The position numbers and the translations under genes were made by a program. The notes below the pieces were generated by a model. The model saw only the letters and a program-made list of their open reading frames with translations. It was not told the origin of the DNA and ran no database searches. From contig NW_003314263.1 of assembly GCF_000143415.4 (NCBI RefSeq), positions 3,245,022-3,309,021 on the forward strand: DNA of 64,000 nt, in the 5' to 3' direction. The stretch is from Selaginella moellendorffii (Eukaryota > Plantae > Lycopodiophyta). Positions 1 through 12,977 of this stretch are shown here, piece by piece (the stretch's first letter is position 1; the number at the start of each line of letters is the position of its first letter).

Positions 1-29
1 GAAGATGGACGTCTCTCCAAAGCAAAGCT

Positions 30-2970
30 TTGAGAAACGAGATGGCGATTCCTCTCGGTGCAACGACGGCTGAAATGGTTGAAGTGGCTGACAGAGAATT
101 ACCGCCCTTTCAGCACAGTGCGAAGAAGCTACCATGCACTCCTCCTGCAAGAGCTGGAAATGGCGGCGATCCCACTCCGAACTGGCTACTCGACAGCAAG
201 TATGTATCACCAGGAGATAGCTTCTGGGACGAGGCAATACGCGTCCTTGGGAGCAAGAAGGGTGACTGCTCGGAAGTTAAGTCGCGTATCAACCCTGACG
301 GCCCGAATTTATTGAACTCTCCGCTACCAGTCGTGTGCTTCGACTTTGCGAGTCATGACAACGTTGGCAAAGAAGCTGCTGCAGCTCCCACTGAAGAAGG
401 AAAGGCAATCGTGAACGATCCGTCGTCCTCAGTCTCCGGTGAGAAGCTGTCCGATTGGCTTCCGGCTGAATTATGTGAAGGATACTTTCGGAAAGGGGTT
501 AGAAGACTGTATCAATGGCAGGTAAGCCAACTGTTTGTGATTTTAGTGCCTACTTACAAGAAACTACAGGTTGATTGTCTACGCCTTGATGGAGTTTTGG
601 ATGGTAAAAGTCTTGTTTACTGTGCCTCGACAAGGTGCTTGAGATTTCTTATGGTAATCCTTAAAACTTTTTGACAGTGCAGGAAAGAGTCTTGTTGCAG
701 AAATTTTGATGTTAAAAAGAGTGCTGGCGACAGGAAAAATGGCAATGCTGGTTTTACCATATGTCGCGTTGTGTTCTGAGAAGGTATGCTTGGTTTTGTT
801 TTGTCAAAACGTCAACTGGTTTTTGCTTTGCTAGACAGAGCATTTAGAGGCGGTACTGGAACATGTTGTGTCCGTGGATATTTTGGGACTCACGGGAGTA
901 AAACGCTATCTCCAGATACTTCACTTGCAGTTCATACCATCAAAAAGCGAACTCACTCATCAATATGCTGGTAGAGGACGGGCAGCTGTCCGAACTAGCA
1001 GTCGTAGTTATAGATGAGGTTCATATGGTATGTATACTGACATCCCAATATCCTTCTTATAACAGTCTGGTGCAGGTTGGAGATAAAGAGAGAGGTTATT
1101 TGCTAGAACTAAGCTACGACATGGGGCCAGTAAAGGTGACTATGAAAGCAGCAGCCCCACGAGGTTGCAAATTATAGGAACGAGTGCAGCGATGCCTAAT
1201 GTAGCAGCTGTTGCATCATGGCTTCAGGTATTGCAATCTTTTATTCAAGTCTTACAGACCATGATGATAATTTGCAGGCTGCATTTTATGAGACTAACTT
1301 TCGCCCGGTTCCTTTAGACGAACACATTAAAGTCATTTACGATACTAGTGTTCGTGCTCTAAGAGCAGGCTCTGAACTTAGCGGCAAGGATCCAGATCAC
1401 ATCGTCCATCTGTGGCATGAGGTTACTTTTGTGTTTTGACAAAGACCTTTCATAGGTCTTACTGATTTCAGTTTGTGCCCTTTGTTGTCTAGGTGGTTAG
1501 TAAGGCCATTCTGTGCTTTTGTTTTGTTCAAGTCGTCATGCCTGCGAAACCACTGGCCGACGAGATACAGGCAAATGGCTGGGAGAGCAGGAAGAGCAGG
1601 GATAGACACGCATGGCGAGAGTGTAAGACTTGTCTCGTTTATGTATTCTGAAATTTGCCGAATGTTGGTTTTGCAGATATTAATCTGTAAAAGTGAGGAG
1701 CTTCCCATTCTGAAAGAAGGTTGTCAACCGTTGCAGTCATATCTCGCCGAGGAAAAGAATGGAATGATGAGAGCTCGTTTTGGAGGTGGGCACAGGATGT
1801 CAACCGCTCTGCACCCTTCTCAACTCTACACAGCCTTTTGATGACGTCGTGAAGTCTGCTCAAGATTCTTTGCTGTGCCACAAGCGACTGATAGAGTGCG
1901 ATCAGGAGTTACAGATCTACAAAATCAGTCCATTAGGAAAAGCAGCGTTTGGCAGTTCGCTCGGCCCGGAAGAATGCTTGGTACGTTCTCGCTCGTTTTT
2001 GCTGGCAATGACGAATTTTAATTATGCGGATGCANNNNNNNNNNNNNNNNNNNNNNNNNNNNNNNNNNNNNNNNNNNNNNNNNNNNNNNNNNNNNNNNNN
2101 NNNNNNNNNNNNNNNNNNNNNNNNNNNNNNNNNNATCTTGCTAAAGCCCCTGATAGTTTTGTTTCAGCGTCGGATTTGTACCTTGTTTACGAGGTTACTC
2201 CTATTCACATGAAGCGTGTGTATTGACGCTTTTTTGTGGCTCTTATATTGTCCAAGCTTGTTCAGGTATGTATGGTCGACCTTTGTTCCATAATACTGAA
2301 GTTTCGCCACTAGGAAGTGCCGCTAATGGACGTCTGCAGTACGTTCAAGGTGCCGAGGGGCACCGTGCAAGCTCTTCGATTGTTTTACCTTTGTTTTATG
2401 TTTTCACAGGCTGCACGAGCTAGATGTTTATACAAAGCGGGCTTACGAACAGTTGAAGCTGTAGCTGAGGCTACAATTCCTGAACTTGCAAACGCGCTGC
2501 GTGATTCTTCATTCAAAGAACATGCAGGTTGGCTTCTCTTATATGCTTTTACTGGCAAGCTTTTTGTAATAGATGCTGGTAAGCAGCAGTGGATGTACGC
2601 TGCAGCGGCAAAGAAAATAAGAAACGGAGCAAGGAGAATTGTCCTGGATCGAGCAGAAGAGGTGCGAATAGCTGCTTTCTCGGCATTTCAAGCTCTTGGA
2701 GCAACGATTCCGCATTCGCTGTCACAGTCTTTATATGCCAGTGTTGAGAGGCCTCAGGCTGAGACAGACGAGATTGCCATATCTCCAAAGCGAGACGAGG
2801 GCAAGGCCGACGTTCATAGCACTGACAGTTGGATTGGATGACAGCAAGAAAATGGTAACCATGGCTCCAATGCGTTTGGAGGCTTGCAGAAAAGAAGGCC
2901 AAGGACCCAATCTTGCTGCTGTGACATCTTAGATCTGGAAACAAGGTTTTGATACATGCCCAAGCCAATA
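30..2970 (+). pseudogene. TEB: TEBICHI / DNA polymerase theta-type SF2 helicase, helicase part only, frameshifted and internally deleted (copy 1)
   Basis: Spliced fragments give POLQ/HELQ helicase motifs: RLYQWQ..CL..GVLDGKSLVYCAST|[15 protein letters not shown] (Walker A), VVIDEVHMV|[11 protein letters not shown] (DExH), [31 protein letters not shown] (motif VI), ARARCLYKAGL. Frames are broken, no polymerase domain follows, and there is an N-gap at 2035-2134. Confidence 0.85.
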
Positions 2971-3059
2971 AGACTGCTTCGCGATTTCAGGACCAGTGGA
3001 AAATTCTTGTTGTGAACATCATCTTTAATTCAAAAAACTGCTACTTTGATCTAATACTA

Positions 3060-4001
3060 TTAATAAATTTTGAAAATACCACTCCATCTAGCTTTCTCCA
3101 ATTCAATCTTCCAGAGCATCATGGATTCCTCCTTTCGCTTATCTTCTTCGGCCTGGAGATCCTGTTCAAGCTCGAGAGCAAAACAAATGTCCCCCTCCAT
3201 TGCCTCTGCCTGCTCCTCCTGAGAATCCCCCTCAAGCACAAGATCCTCATTGTCCACATTCTTTTGGAGGATTTGGCTCGTTTCCCCATTGCCAATTTGA
3301 ATTTCTGCAAAGCGCTCCTTGTGTTCTGGCCGCTCCAAAACCTCCTCAAGCACGAGATGTAGCATCTCCTCATCATCCACATCCTCGAGATTTGACGACA
3401 GAATTTCAGTCATCACTTCGTCACTCACTACAATTTCTGCCACCTCAGGGAACACAAGAGGGATGTGTTCCTCCTCGTTTGGGACTTCATTCTCCTCGAC
3501 CAGTGCCATGATTCTAGCCAGGTCATCTATGTCAAACTCTTCCTTGTCCTCCACCCTGATCACCGCCCCAGCTTTATCGGCCTGTTGACCACTCTGCTTC
3601 GCTTGACTTTCGTGGACCAGCAAACCCTTCTTCGTCTCATCTTCAACTGGAGCGCGCTTGAGCTTCTTCTTCTCATGTGCCATGCCAACTTCCTCACTAC
3701 TGCTCGATCTTGGCCGCTTCATGTAAGTTGGTCTTGTTTTTCCGCCATAAGTGAATTTTTTATTGCACTGACTGCAGCGATACCTTGGCTGGCCAATGTT
3801 GTCATTGTTGAAGTAGTCGAAGTTGCCGCACTCACCACGATTGCACTTCATACAGGTCGGGTGCTGCTGTTTCAAGTACGATTTCAACTCATCCACGCTT
3901 CCAAACTGGAGGCTACTCTGCTGGCAGGACGAAGACCAAAATAGTGGGTAGTTCTGGAGAAGATGGAGCTCCTTGTACACCTTGCTGCTTTTGTTTGGCA
4001 T
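3060..4001 (-). CDS. Divergent Dof-like zinc-finger protein with acidic C-terminal half (copy 1)
   Basis: CMKC-x22-CSQC containing FDYFNN..GQPRYRC..C.KKFTYGG.TR aligns with the Dof consensus CPRC..FCYYNN..QPR.FC..CRRYWT.GG.LR. Basic NLS-like KRPR...KKKLKR. Open 313-aa ORF. Confidence 0.75.
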   Translation of the reverse strand: MPNKSSKVYKELHLLQNYPLFWSSSCQQSSLQFGSVDELKSYLKQQHPTCMKCNRGECGNFDYFNNDNIGQPRYRCSQCNKKFTYGGKTRPTYMKRPRSSSSEEVGMAHEKKKLKRAPVEDETKKGLLVHESQAKQSGQQADKAGAVIRVEDKEEFDIDDLARIMALVEENEVPNEEEHIPLVFPEVAEIVVSDEVMTEILSSNLEDVDDEEMLHLVLEEVLERPEHKERFAEIQIGNGETSQILQKNVDNEDLVLEGDSQEEQAEAMEGDICFALELEQDLQAEEDKRKEESMMLWKIELEKARWSGIFKIY

Positions 4002-4137
4002 CGCTGCTGGCTTCTCTGCTGACAGGACAACAAGTGAAAACCTAAAATATGTCCTTTTTTACAAGCTTAAGGGATGAAATGTGTGTTTAAAGTTTTGGGT
4101 AAAGGGAGTTTTATTAAACATCTTTTAATTTCCACCC

Positions 4138-5200
4138 GATTCCTTTTGTTGCAGCTTTTAGACGACGGTGCGACCTTCTCAGGCATCCCAAAATTTAGCG
4201 CATGACTGTTGCGGAGTTTTTGGAACGGAGTGGAGGCTCCACACTTGTTGATGTAAGCTGGTGCCCCAGAAGGAGGCTTTCTTCAAGGTCCTTAATTCTT
4301 CCACCTAGATTTTCTTCTTTTTCATGTTGCAGGCTGTCGGAAATATGTATCAACAGCTGTCTGAGGAACTTAGCTGGATCAAGGTTGAAAAGGAGTTGCT
4401 TCATCAGAGCTGCGACAGATCCAAGCAGGAGGTAAATCGAAGCTGGTTAAGGCAGACTTTCCTTTTGTGATTCAGTTTAAAACACTTGACTTGAGAGCAG
4501 GACTGACTTGAAAGATGGCTTACCAGCCGGGACCTGCAAATACATGCTGCGCAGGTGCAAACTTTGTCATCGAGCAGGCAATGAAATGACAAGCTTTACA
4601 AGCATGACGGTAGTCTCCTCATTTCGTGAGTGCAAATGCTTTTATTTTTTGTTGTTCTCCCCATACAAGGCCCGATTTCAAGCTAAAATCCCAAGCAATT
4701 CTAATCTTAGCCTTGATCGTGTCACAATGGTCTCCTCCACACAGGAAATCACCAATAATATTTTCCTCTTTAGAACATGATGCCAAGCTAAATCGATGGA
4801 TCCCGGACGGCATGATAGACAGGACCAAGAAGAGCATGACCCATGCGTGCACCTAGAGGAAGAGGTCAATGGATCCTTCAATCTGGTCGGAGCTCATCAA
4901 CTCCCAATCCCCATGCTCTGCCGCTTCGGGTCCCTCTCAAATGATTGGTATAGCGCGCGACACACCTAGCTGCGTCGGGAACACCATGTCGTAAGAAAGC
5001 TGCTTGGCTCATGTACAGCGCTGAAAAAACAAAAACCAAGTGTGAAGAGCTTAGAAAACTTACAGTTGAGAACGCACGGCAATGACTTGTCAAGACGTTG
5101 TCAAAACTCCTTCGAAGGTAGCACCTTGTCCAAGTACGTGTGTACAAACCAGAGCTGAGTTAGCTTCCAAAGAAGTCACACGAACCTGGTCAAGTAGCAA
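4138..5200 (-). repeat. Unidentified spliced-gene-like fragment, present in inverted orientation in the right-hand array (~39250-40320, ~59950-61020, partly ~28140-28410 and ~34130-34390)
   Basis: The same translated ORFs (e.g. MSFHCLLDDKVCTCAAC..., MKDGLPAGTCKYMLRRC...) appear on the opposite strand at 39691-40254 and 60395-60958. Product not recognised. Confidence 0.7.
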
Positions 5201-5525
5201 ATCGTGAAAGAGAAAAGTGGATCATCGGCATGCATGGGAGCTTTCAAAGTGGCCACCGTTCCTGCCAGGTTTGCGTCTCACCTCGCACCACTGCAACGAC
5301 AATGTAAATAACTAATCGATGCAAACCTCTTCACTATCTGCATATCGAGCAGCGCTAAGTCGAAAGAGAAAGAAAAAAGAAGAAAAACTCACTGCGAGCT
5401 GAGATCAATCGCCTGCAAGCGAGCAATGTTTCCAACAACAAAGCGAATTTCTATAAATTGCTGGATAGAGAAACACGAGCTGAATCAAAAGAACAATCGA
5501 CGAGCGACTGTAACAACTAACATAC

Positions 5526-5900
5526 TCACCAGCCATAGGATAGCCTGGTTTCTCTCCTTAGAGTCGAGCGAGTAAAATTGTGCGTCTTTTTCCTCCAATA
5601 CTGCCGGAGTTCCCAGTTTTCAAGATCAAAGAACTGTAACGCCGGTGGACATGCTACAAGGACAAACACATCACACCACTCCAAGAGAGTTACCTCAGGA
5701 ATGTTTGCAAGCTTTGCAGGATTTGGCTTCCCGACGGCAAGAGTGTATGACTTTTTTCTTGCGCTCTTCACCATTTTCTTTACATTCCGTATAGCTCCGG
5801 CTGCGAGGAAGTCCAGGTGTTAGAGAAATGCCGACCAACATCGAGTGTTATGCCGACAATGTTTGCATCCTTTGGTACGCTCGATTAAATAGTACCTGGA
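5526..5900 (-). pseudogene. DPH2: Diphthamide biosynthesis DPH2-like fragment
   Basis: KKSYTLAVGKPNPAKLANIPE and DVFVLVACP match the DPH2 motif (K.Y..vvGKPNPAKLANFpE.DVFV.V.C). Fragmentary and interrupted. Confidence 0.75.
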
Positions 5901-5931
5901 ACCAAAGTCGAGGAACTTTACTGGTTGCCAA

Positions 5932-6745
5932 ACTCTTCGATGCAATCGTCTAGATCTCAAGTTCTAGAAATCATTCAAAGGTATCTATCTACCTGCATAT
6001 TCCGATGATCGCAAACCACAGTACTCCAGGCTCCGTAAGAATGCATTTCGTTTGCCTGGCTGATTGAAACACACCACTGTCAGAGCTACAAAGGAAAGAA
6101 ATTCATGAACTCCATAATTCCACCTGGAAGATGTTGCGAGGGATGAATTGGATACGCCACAACGATTTCCTTGGGAAAATTCCAGCGGAAATCGCTTCTC
6201 TTGAGCAGCACAGGCTGCGGCATTTCGACAATCAGGAATCCTCCGCGCTCTGGATGGAAATCGCCTGTGCTGTAGCGGCGGCACTGCAGTCCCTAATCCA
6301 GAATCCGAGCTGAGAGAGGAGTATCGGAGATGCGCGGCATACGTTCAGCGTACTGGCGCGTGGTAACGCCAGTGCTCAGCCTCGCCATAGCCTGAAACCC
6401 TAAATTTCCAGCCCGTTAAACCCTAAACCCAAACATGATAGATAAGTTAACTTTAATAAAAAGTGTTACGCTTTAATACAAAAGACAAGAATATTCTCCT
6501 TCCTGGCCTGGGACTCTCTTGGACATCCTGCGAGAAAGAGGCAAAAAGAAAAGAAGAAGAAGCGTGAGATAGCCGATCAAATGAGAGTATACTTACATTG
6601 CCCTATCGCTTCCCTCTGCCTCCTCCATAGTGATCGAAGCTCCAAAATCCCAGGAGCTCGAAACAAAGTAGTGCCAGAGAGCTCTCTTGCAAGAGCCCAG
6701 CGAGCTCAAAGTCCCTGCCTTTCTAGCTCAAGCATCCGATTCCTG
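5932..6745. repeat. ~800 bp segment duplicated at ~26242-27033 (5' gene-like region with AAACCCTAA telo-boxes plus the 3' end of the RING gene)
   Basis: Near-identical sequence starting ACTCTTCGATGCAATCGTCTAGATCTCAAG in both places. AAACCCTAAA motifs near 6396-6427. Confidence 0.85.
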
Positions 6746-7165
6746 CTTTCTCGGCCTTTCAAGCTCTTGGAGCAACGATTCTGCATTCGCTGTCACAGTC
6801 TTTATATGCCAGAGTTGAGAGGCCTCAGGCTGAGACGGACGAGATGGCCATATTTCCAAAGCAAGACGAGGGCAAGGCCGACGTTCATAGCACTGACAAG
6901 GAAAACCGAGCAGTAATTATGCAAGAAAATGGTAAGCATGGCTCCAATGCGTTTGGAGGCTTGCGGAAAAGAAGGCCAGCACAGTGAAAACGGCAACATA
7001 AACAAAGTATTATATGCACGAGGGCAGGGCTCGTTTCTTTCTTTCCAGTATATTGGACTTCTTTCAAATAAAAAGTCACATCTTAGATCTGGAAACAAGG
7101 TTTTGATACATGCCTAGGCCGATAAGACTCGATTTCAGGACCAGTGGAAAATTCTTGTTGTGAAT
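6745..7165 (+). pseudogene. Third, short fragment of the TEB-like 3' region
   Basis: Matches ~2675-3015 (LEQRF.IRCHSLYMP..RGLRLR frame; GATTTCAGGACCAGTGGAAAATTCTTGTTGTGAA). Confidence 0.8.
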
Positions 7166-7184
7166 CGATTTAATACTATTGACA

Positions 7185-7440
7185 TAGGTGCATTATACCT
7201 TCTCAGATCAATGGTATTCTCTCCTTTAATTCACATAACTACATCATGTATTCTTGGATTTCGTATTTGTATTTTGTATTTCTTCCTCTGTCTTTTAGCA
7301 TCTTAAAGGCTTTAGCATAGGGATTTATATCTCGCAATAATATATCTAGCTCCGTCATCACCTCTTTATTACATTTTATGTTATATTGATTTTTCATCCA
7401 TGCTTTAGTGGCATGTAATGTACATCTCGACACTTCCATG
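7185..7440 (-). mobile_element. Helitron Rep/helicase-like fragment
   Basis: EVMTELDILLRDINPYAKAFKML resembles the conserved L..ml...NPYa..Fk segment of Helitron RepHel N-terminal regions. Short remnant. Confidence 0.55.
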
Positions 7441-8470
7441 TGTTGGTCCTCTTGTGTCCCTTTTTTAAAGACTCACTTATTGTTTGTTCTTTAAGCACTT
7501 TATTGAGAGTTGCACTTCAAGTCGAGCATTTTTAGTCTAAATGTGTTACTCTTGTTTGGCTTCCACTTCAGCCATTACCACATGGCACCCTTTTGGCTCC
7601 ACTTTTGGGGCTCTAGAATTTGTGTCTCACAAATAGGTGGGGATTGTTATTTCTTTCAAGTGATATATTTGCGAGTATTTTATTTGTCAATTGATGATAC
7701 TATATTTTTTGAGCTGTCTTTTGTAAGTTATTTAGCATGCTATTTACAATCATTGGTAGTTAAGCTTTATCATTGAGTTCTTTTGATAATATACTTGCTA
7801 TTGAATTTTTTTGGATAGTTAGTACTATAATTTTAACCTTTAATGATTTTAGTGGTTCCTATACATTAATTCTAGTTGATCAAATGATAACTTAATTAGA
7901 ATACTTTTATTTTCTAATCTGAGAGTTATTCAATGATAATTTAGTCTTTAAAATATCATTATCTCTGATTTTGATATTATCTATTTATTGATCTTTGTGT
8001 TTGGGCCAATATAGGTAGACTGATTTCAGCACTTTATGTGTATAGTGAAATATTTAGTCATGAGGTAGCTATTGTAGACTCGTCACATCACCCACCTTTC
8101 TCTCTTGATGTTTGTTATTTTGTATAAAGGGCATGATTGTGTAAACAATTCTAACTGTTTATTTATAATAATTTATATAAACCTTATCAGCAATTTTAGT
8201 TTATTTGCTCATGAGTGTTAAGGCCTCTAGCTTCTCTCTCTATATAACCTATAAATAGGTGTAAGATATAAATCTCTAAGCCCCAAAGTGGAGCCAAAAG
8301 GAGGCCATGTGGTAGTAGCCAAAGCAAAAGTCCAATGAGTGTAACACGTTTGAACCAAAAGCTTCAACTCCTAAACTGGAATTCCCAAAAAATTGCTCAA
8401 GGAATGAGTATGAAATGATTAGTGAATGAGTCTCTACAAAAGGATATAAGAGGGACTAACACATGGCAAG
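7433..8470. mobile_element. Degenerate non-autonomous TIR element with ~190 bp inverted arms (MULE/foldback-like)
   Basis: ~7433-7620 (...CCACATGGCACCCTTTTGGCTCCACTTTTGGGGCT) is the imperfect reverse complement of ~8270-8470 (AGCCCCAAAGTGGAGCCAAAAGGAGGCCATGTGG...). AT-rich spacer. Confidence 0.6.
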
Positions 8471-8496
8471 TATTGTGACACATGGAAGTGTCGGGG

Positions 8497-8600
8497 CTGA
8501 GTTTGAGATGGAGTTTGAGAAGTAGTTTGAGATGGAGTCTGATAACAAGTTCAAGATGGAGTTTAAGATGGAGTTTGACAAAGAGTCCAAAGTTAAAGTG
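8497..8600 (+). repeat. Degenerate 12-bp minisatellite (GAGTTTGAGATG)n
   Basis: About 8 imperfect units visible directly. Confidence 0.7.
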
Positions 8601-8699
8601 AATATGGACAAGGCATCATACATTAGCACATTTGGTATCTTCACACCATCGGCTTTACAAGCCTATCTTTACGACACTTCCCATTTGTGTCTAGGTTTT

Positions 8700-10590
8700 T
8701 GTTAAGACCAAAGTAGTCGTTTCTCATGCTAACTATCAATTAACATTGCACCATGGTATTTATACGCAACTCTATGCCAAAGTTGATTTCTTCCAAGAAC
8801 ACCTTTCCCACGACTTTAGTATAACACATTCAAGTTAGTGGGTTCATGAGAACCTCTTGCCAAAGGAATCTCAATAGAAATAAGAATTGCATACCCTAAG
8901 CTAAAAGGTATGCAGTTAGAGTGTGGTTTACCATCAATGAGATACCCACTGTTCTCATACTTGGATCTTATGATCCTCCCTGTCCTTCATAGGGTGCAAC
9001 ACACCTCAGTCTAAATGCTTTTACCAATTTTTTAAGACCATTCCTTGACTCCACTCGAGTCATTCAGCTTTTTGGACTTTGTTAGTTTGATGACCCATAA
9101 AATCCTAGCCTCACGGCTATTTTTGAGATGTTAATTTATTGGAATACAACTTCTTGTATTCGTGTCTTACTCACAAGAACCACCTTTGTAAGTGTTACTT
9201 TGACACTTGATTATTTTTTCATTCCCTGTAGGCTACCTTTGCCCTTTAGGACTATCCATCCATATGATGATAATACCAACTCATCCTCTAAATACACCTC
9301 TAATTCCTTGGGTTTGTTCCAACATTTATAAAAGGTAGCCACAACTATCATTTCAAGGACTTGTGTCCTCCTCCGTATTTAACCTCCTACAATCATTAAC
9401 TCTGGTCTCAAATTCATGAGCACCAGCCCCAACTATATGAGGATAATTTTGTGACTCCTTTATTGTTTTGGAGTCTCTATCTTTTCCGTGATCCCAACTA
9501 TAGTTGTTTACCACAACTACATTAGTTAGTTTGTTAAGTCAAATGGTTATTTAGATTACATCCTCAATTCTTTGAGAAAAATTTATATTGTTCCCAAAAT
9601 CCCAAAGTTATTCCCTTACTGGCCTCTTTCTATCCACCACATTGCGTACAAGTTCACATATGAACTAGAGTGGAAAGCTACGTCCTCCTAACATACTACT
9701 TCTCGAGGATAGGCCCAATCCTAGAACTTTTTGATGCTAATACAAGAGATGATATACTTGGCCACCAATAAAAGTCAAATTAAGGAATAGCTCTGATACC
9801 AAATTGTAAATGACTAAACTTTCCATTCTACTTTAGTCACTTAACCACCACTTGAAGGAATCTCATTTATAACTTTCATAAATCCTATTCCAGACTTCAG
9901 GCTTGATAGCCCCCAGAATGAGATTCATACCACTTAATCTTTGCGTTTGGTCTAAGTGCTCCACGTGTCTGATCCCATGACCGACGCCCAAAGGTACCAA
10001 CGACATATCAACCCATTACGCTAAAACCATACCCATTCACTTTTGTCACACCGGTGATCCAACACCACTTATATCACAGTCCCATCTCTCAAAGACTAAG
10101 CCATCCATCCAATAGTGATCATCTCAGATCCACTTCTTAACATCGTTAGGATGCCCATAGACATAGGGAATAGCCTTCCCCAATATCCCTTTTTTAGTCC
10201 CCACCAAGTCTCTTTTTGTCCATGGCCATGTTTGCCAACACTGCCACTGGATCAAGGCCCACAAACTCGACCACCAAGTCCCATTGTCCTTTGAGACTTC
10301 CTCACTATGTGATTGTATCCTTGGTCATTACACCAGAGGACTGTTTATCTTCCTTTCCACAATCTAGGACTTTATGATGACATTTTGGAACACTGTGGCC
10401 CTACACGAGCCTCATGGGTACTCTCCCCACCTTCTACCTTTGGGTGCTCTAGCCATGGGTTTAGAGCAAGGTTTCGTTGAGCCATGCTAGATATCCAAGT
10501 AGGTAGTGCCACTTACGCTTGGACTAGGAGCATTAACCATTTGATCTCCTGGGGGAACTAAAGTTGGCTCTTGAACACTTCACAAGCTTC
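8700..10590 (-). mobile_element. Old LTR-retrotransposon remnant (tRNA-iMet PBS and adjacent LTR-like sequence)
   Basis: GCTCTGATACCA at 9790-9801 is the reverse complement of the canonical PBS TGGTATCAGAGC and is followed by TGTAA (LTR end). Flanking sequence is heavily decayed and boundaries are approximate. Confidence 0.5.
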
Positions 10591-10879
10591 CCCACTTGAC
10601 CCAAATAATGAAAAAAGTGTGGAAACACTAGTAATGAATTGTAAGACTTGATAATTATGAGACAACTAAGCAAAAGGTGCAAAATAATTGATTGGATTGG
10701 TAGAAGTTAACTACCCAAGACTTCTTATGGGGATAAAAAGGTTAAATATACCCCTCCGAGGGATAAATTGCTTATGTTTAGATATAGTCAAGAGGAGAAT
10801 AACTAAAGGGAAAGCATAGTGCCACAAATAAGTAGGGAAGGTGAAATATTCCTATGGTTCGTGTTAGAGATCTTGTTTT

Positions 10880-11870
10880 TGTGTGAGTGATCTTTACAAC
10901 CATTGGTATAGTATCTCTATGGCAAAAAACATAGCAGTAAAAGGAGCAACTGTGGGTCATAGTGGATCAATTAACAAAGTAGATGTGGTTGTTGGCTCTT
11001 CAGAAGACTATTATTGTTTTAGATTTGATTACAGTTTACTTGGAGAAGGTCTTTCTTGATTTAATTTGTTGGAGGACATTGTTAGTGATTGAGATTCAAA
11101 GCTCACTAATGGATTTTTTAAGAGCTTTGTAAGGGTTATGCAAGTGACTTTAAAACTCTCAAGTGGAGATCATCTTCAAATGGATAAATAGACCAGGTGT
11201 GTGAATTAGGTGGTATAGGATATGCTACACTTTGCACTGGTTAAAGCCAAAAACAATGGAATCTATATTTTTATTGGTGTAATTTGTATATAATAATAGT
11301 CAGTATATTGGAGCCAAGATAAGTCCTTACTTTGCCAAAGCATCCCCAAACATCATTGGAGTTGGTTGGGATGGCATTTGAACATGAGAAGCTTGATTCA
11401 AAAGCAACTAATATAGTTATAAAACTTGATAAAATTCTAGTGGTGTGTAAACATAATTTATATGCAACTTAGAACATGGCAAAGAAATTTGCAAATGAGT
11501 ATTGCCAATTTTGAAAATATAAGTTGGGAAATCTCATCTTTGTGTGAGTGATCTTTCCTTCAAGTGAGTGATGAAACACCTTAGTGCTTTTATGAAGTGG
11601 GAAGAGTGATACACTTTCTCATAAATGTGCTAATTCATATGAAGTGTTGGAGTGCATTGGTAAAGTGGCTATGATTGTTAGCTAGGGTGAATATTCATCT
11701 AGTATTTTATGTTAGCCAGTTCAAAGATGTACTATCTCAAAGTGAAGGGCCCAATGACTCCTTGATGTATGGATGTTGAACCAAGAACTTAAATAGAGTT
11801 CTTGAGAAAGATCCTTGGAACAAGTCCTTTTGTTAAGGGGAAGAATTGTTAGGTGTCAATTTTGACATGT
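10880..11870 (+). mobile_element. Highly decayed Ty3/gypsy integrase remnant
   Basis: Traces of ISM(DF), VIVDQLTK (VVDRLTK), IVSD*DSKLT (IVSDRD.kFT), HLQMDK*T (HPQTDGQT), IHLVFYVSQFK (IHPVFHVSQLK). Many stops. Confidence 0.7.
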
Positions 11871-12977
11871 AATCAATGTGGATCAAAAGTAAGCTCAAAG
11901 ATATATTAAGGTATGGACTTAGGGTAAGGAACTTAACCCTATCTTAAGGGCCCATAGTGGCAACAGTGGTGCAGTAGAGCTTTTGGCTTGGGGGTGGTTG
12001 GGTGGTGAGGAACTTCAAAAGGAGGCATAGCTTAGTTTAGGTGAGGTTAGGCATTTTTGTTTTTATTATTTAGCACCAAGTCATAAACAAGCCACAACGT
12101 TGTCTTTGTTTTCTGTCTCTAAAGGGACTGTGGACTACTCTAGTCAAATCATAGCCTTTTTTATCAACATCATGCTGACTAGTCACAGTCAGATTATCAT
12201 TGTTGACTGATTGTTCAACGTCTATGCTGACTGGTTGGCAGAATAGTCACAATTAGTGTACAATGTTGACTAGTCAATGGTTGACCTGCAGCTCTTTAAA
12301 GCTACTCAAAAGTCAAGTTTGAGTGAATTCATGAAAGTTTTTCCTAAGATACTTGGGTACAACCCAATATTTTAGAGTCCTTATGTAACATGCACAATAG
12401 CAAGTAACTCCTGCTCAAAATTTAAATACCTCTTCTCAGCATCATTAAACTTACAATCTCANNNNNNNNNNNNNNNNNNNNNNNNNNNNNNNNNNNNNNN
12501 NNNNNNNNNNNNNNNNNNNNNNNNNNNNNNNNNNNNNNNNNNNNNNNNNNNNNNNNNNNNNNNTGAGAAGGGTTAAAATAAATAGCACTCCGTGAAAAAG
12601 CATGCCCAAACCTTATTAGGATATGGCTTATTGTCCTCTTAGTGTCCTAACAGTGAACTAAAATAACTAAAATAATAGTGAACTAGCAAGGAATCCAGCT
12701 CTGCTGCATAGATAGTAATTATGTTTTTTAATATTATCAAGGTAAATAATTTCTTTATAAACTATTTTTTTGTGTACACAATTTTATTTTGCAGGAAACC
12801 TTGTCCCTCACATTGTTCTACAGACATTTGTGTCTTTGATGTTCCCTTTAAGAGTGCAACATAAAGTTGATAATGGTTGAAAACTTGTCTTGGCAATAAT
12901 ATCTTTATATTGTATAGTGTTTGTCTTTAGAATTTGTAAATTGTAATAGAAAATGCAAGCTTTATAGAGAACTACTA

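Noticed and set aside
30-2970. Functional standalone HELQ-like helicase
   Set aside because: Multiple frameshifts and deletion of core helicase segments in both copies.
6396-6430. Telomeric repeat array
   Set aside because: Only 2-3 isolated AAACCCTAA motifs, consistent with promoter telo-boxes.
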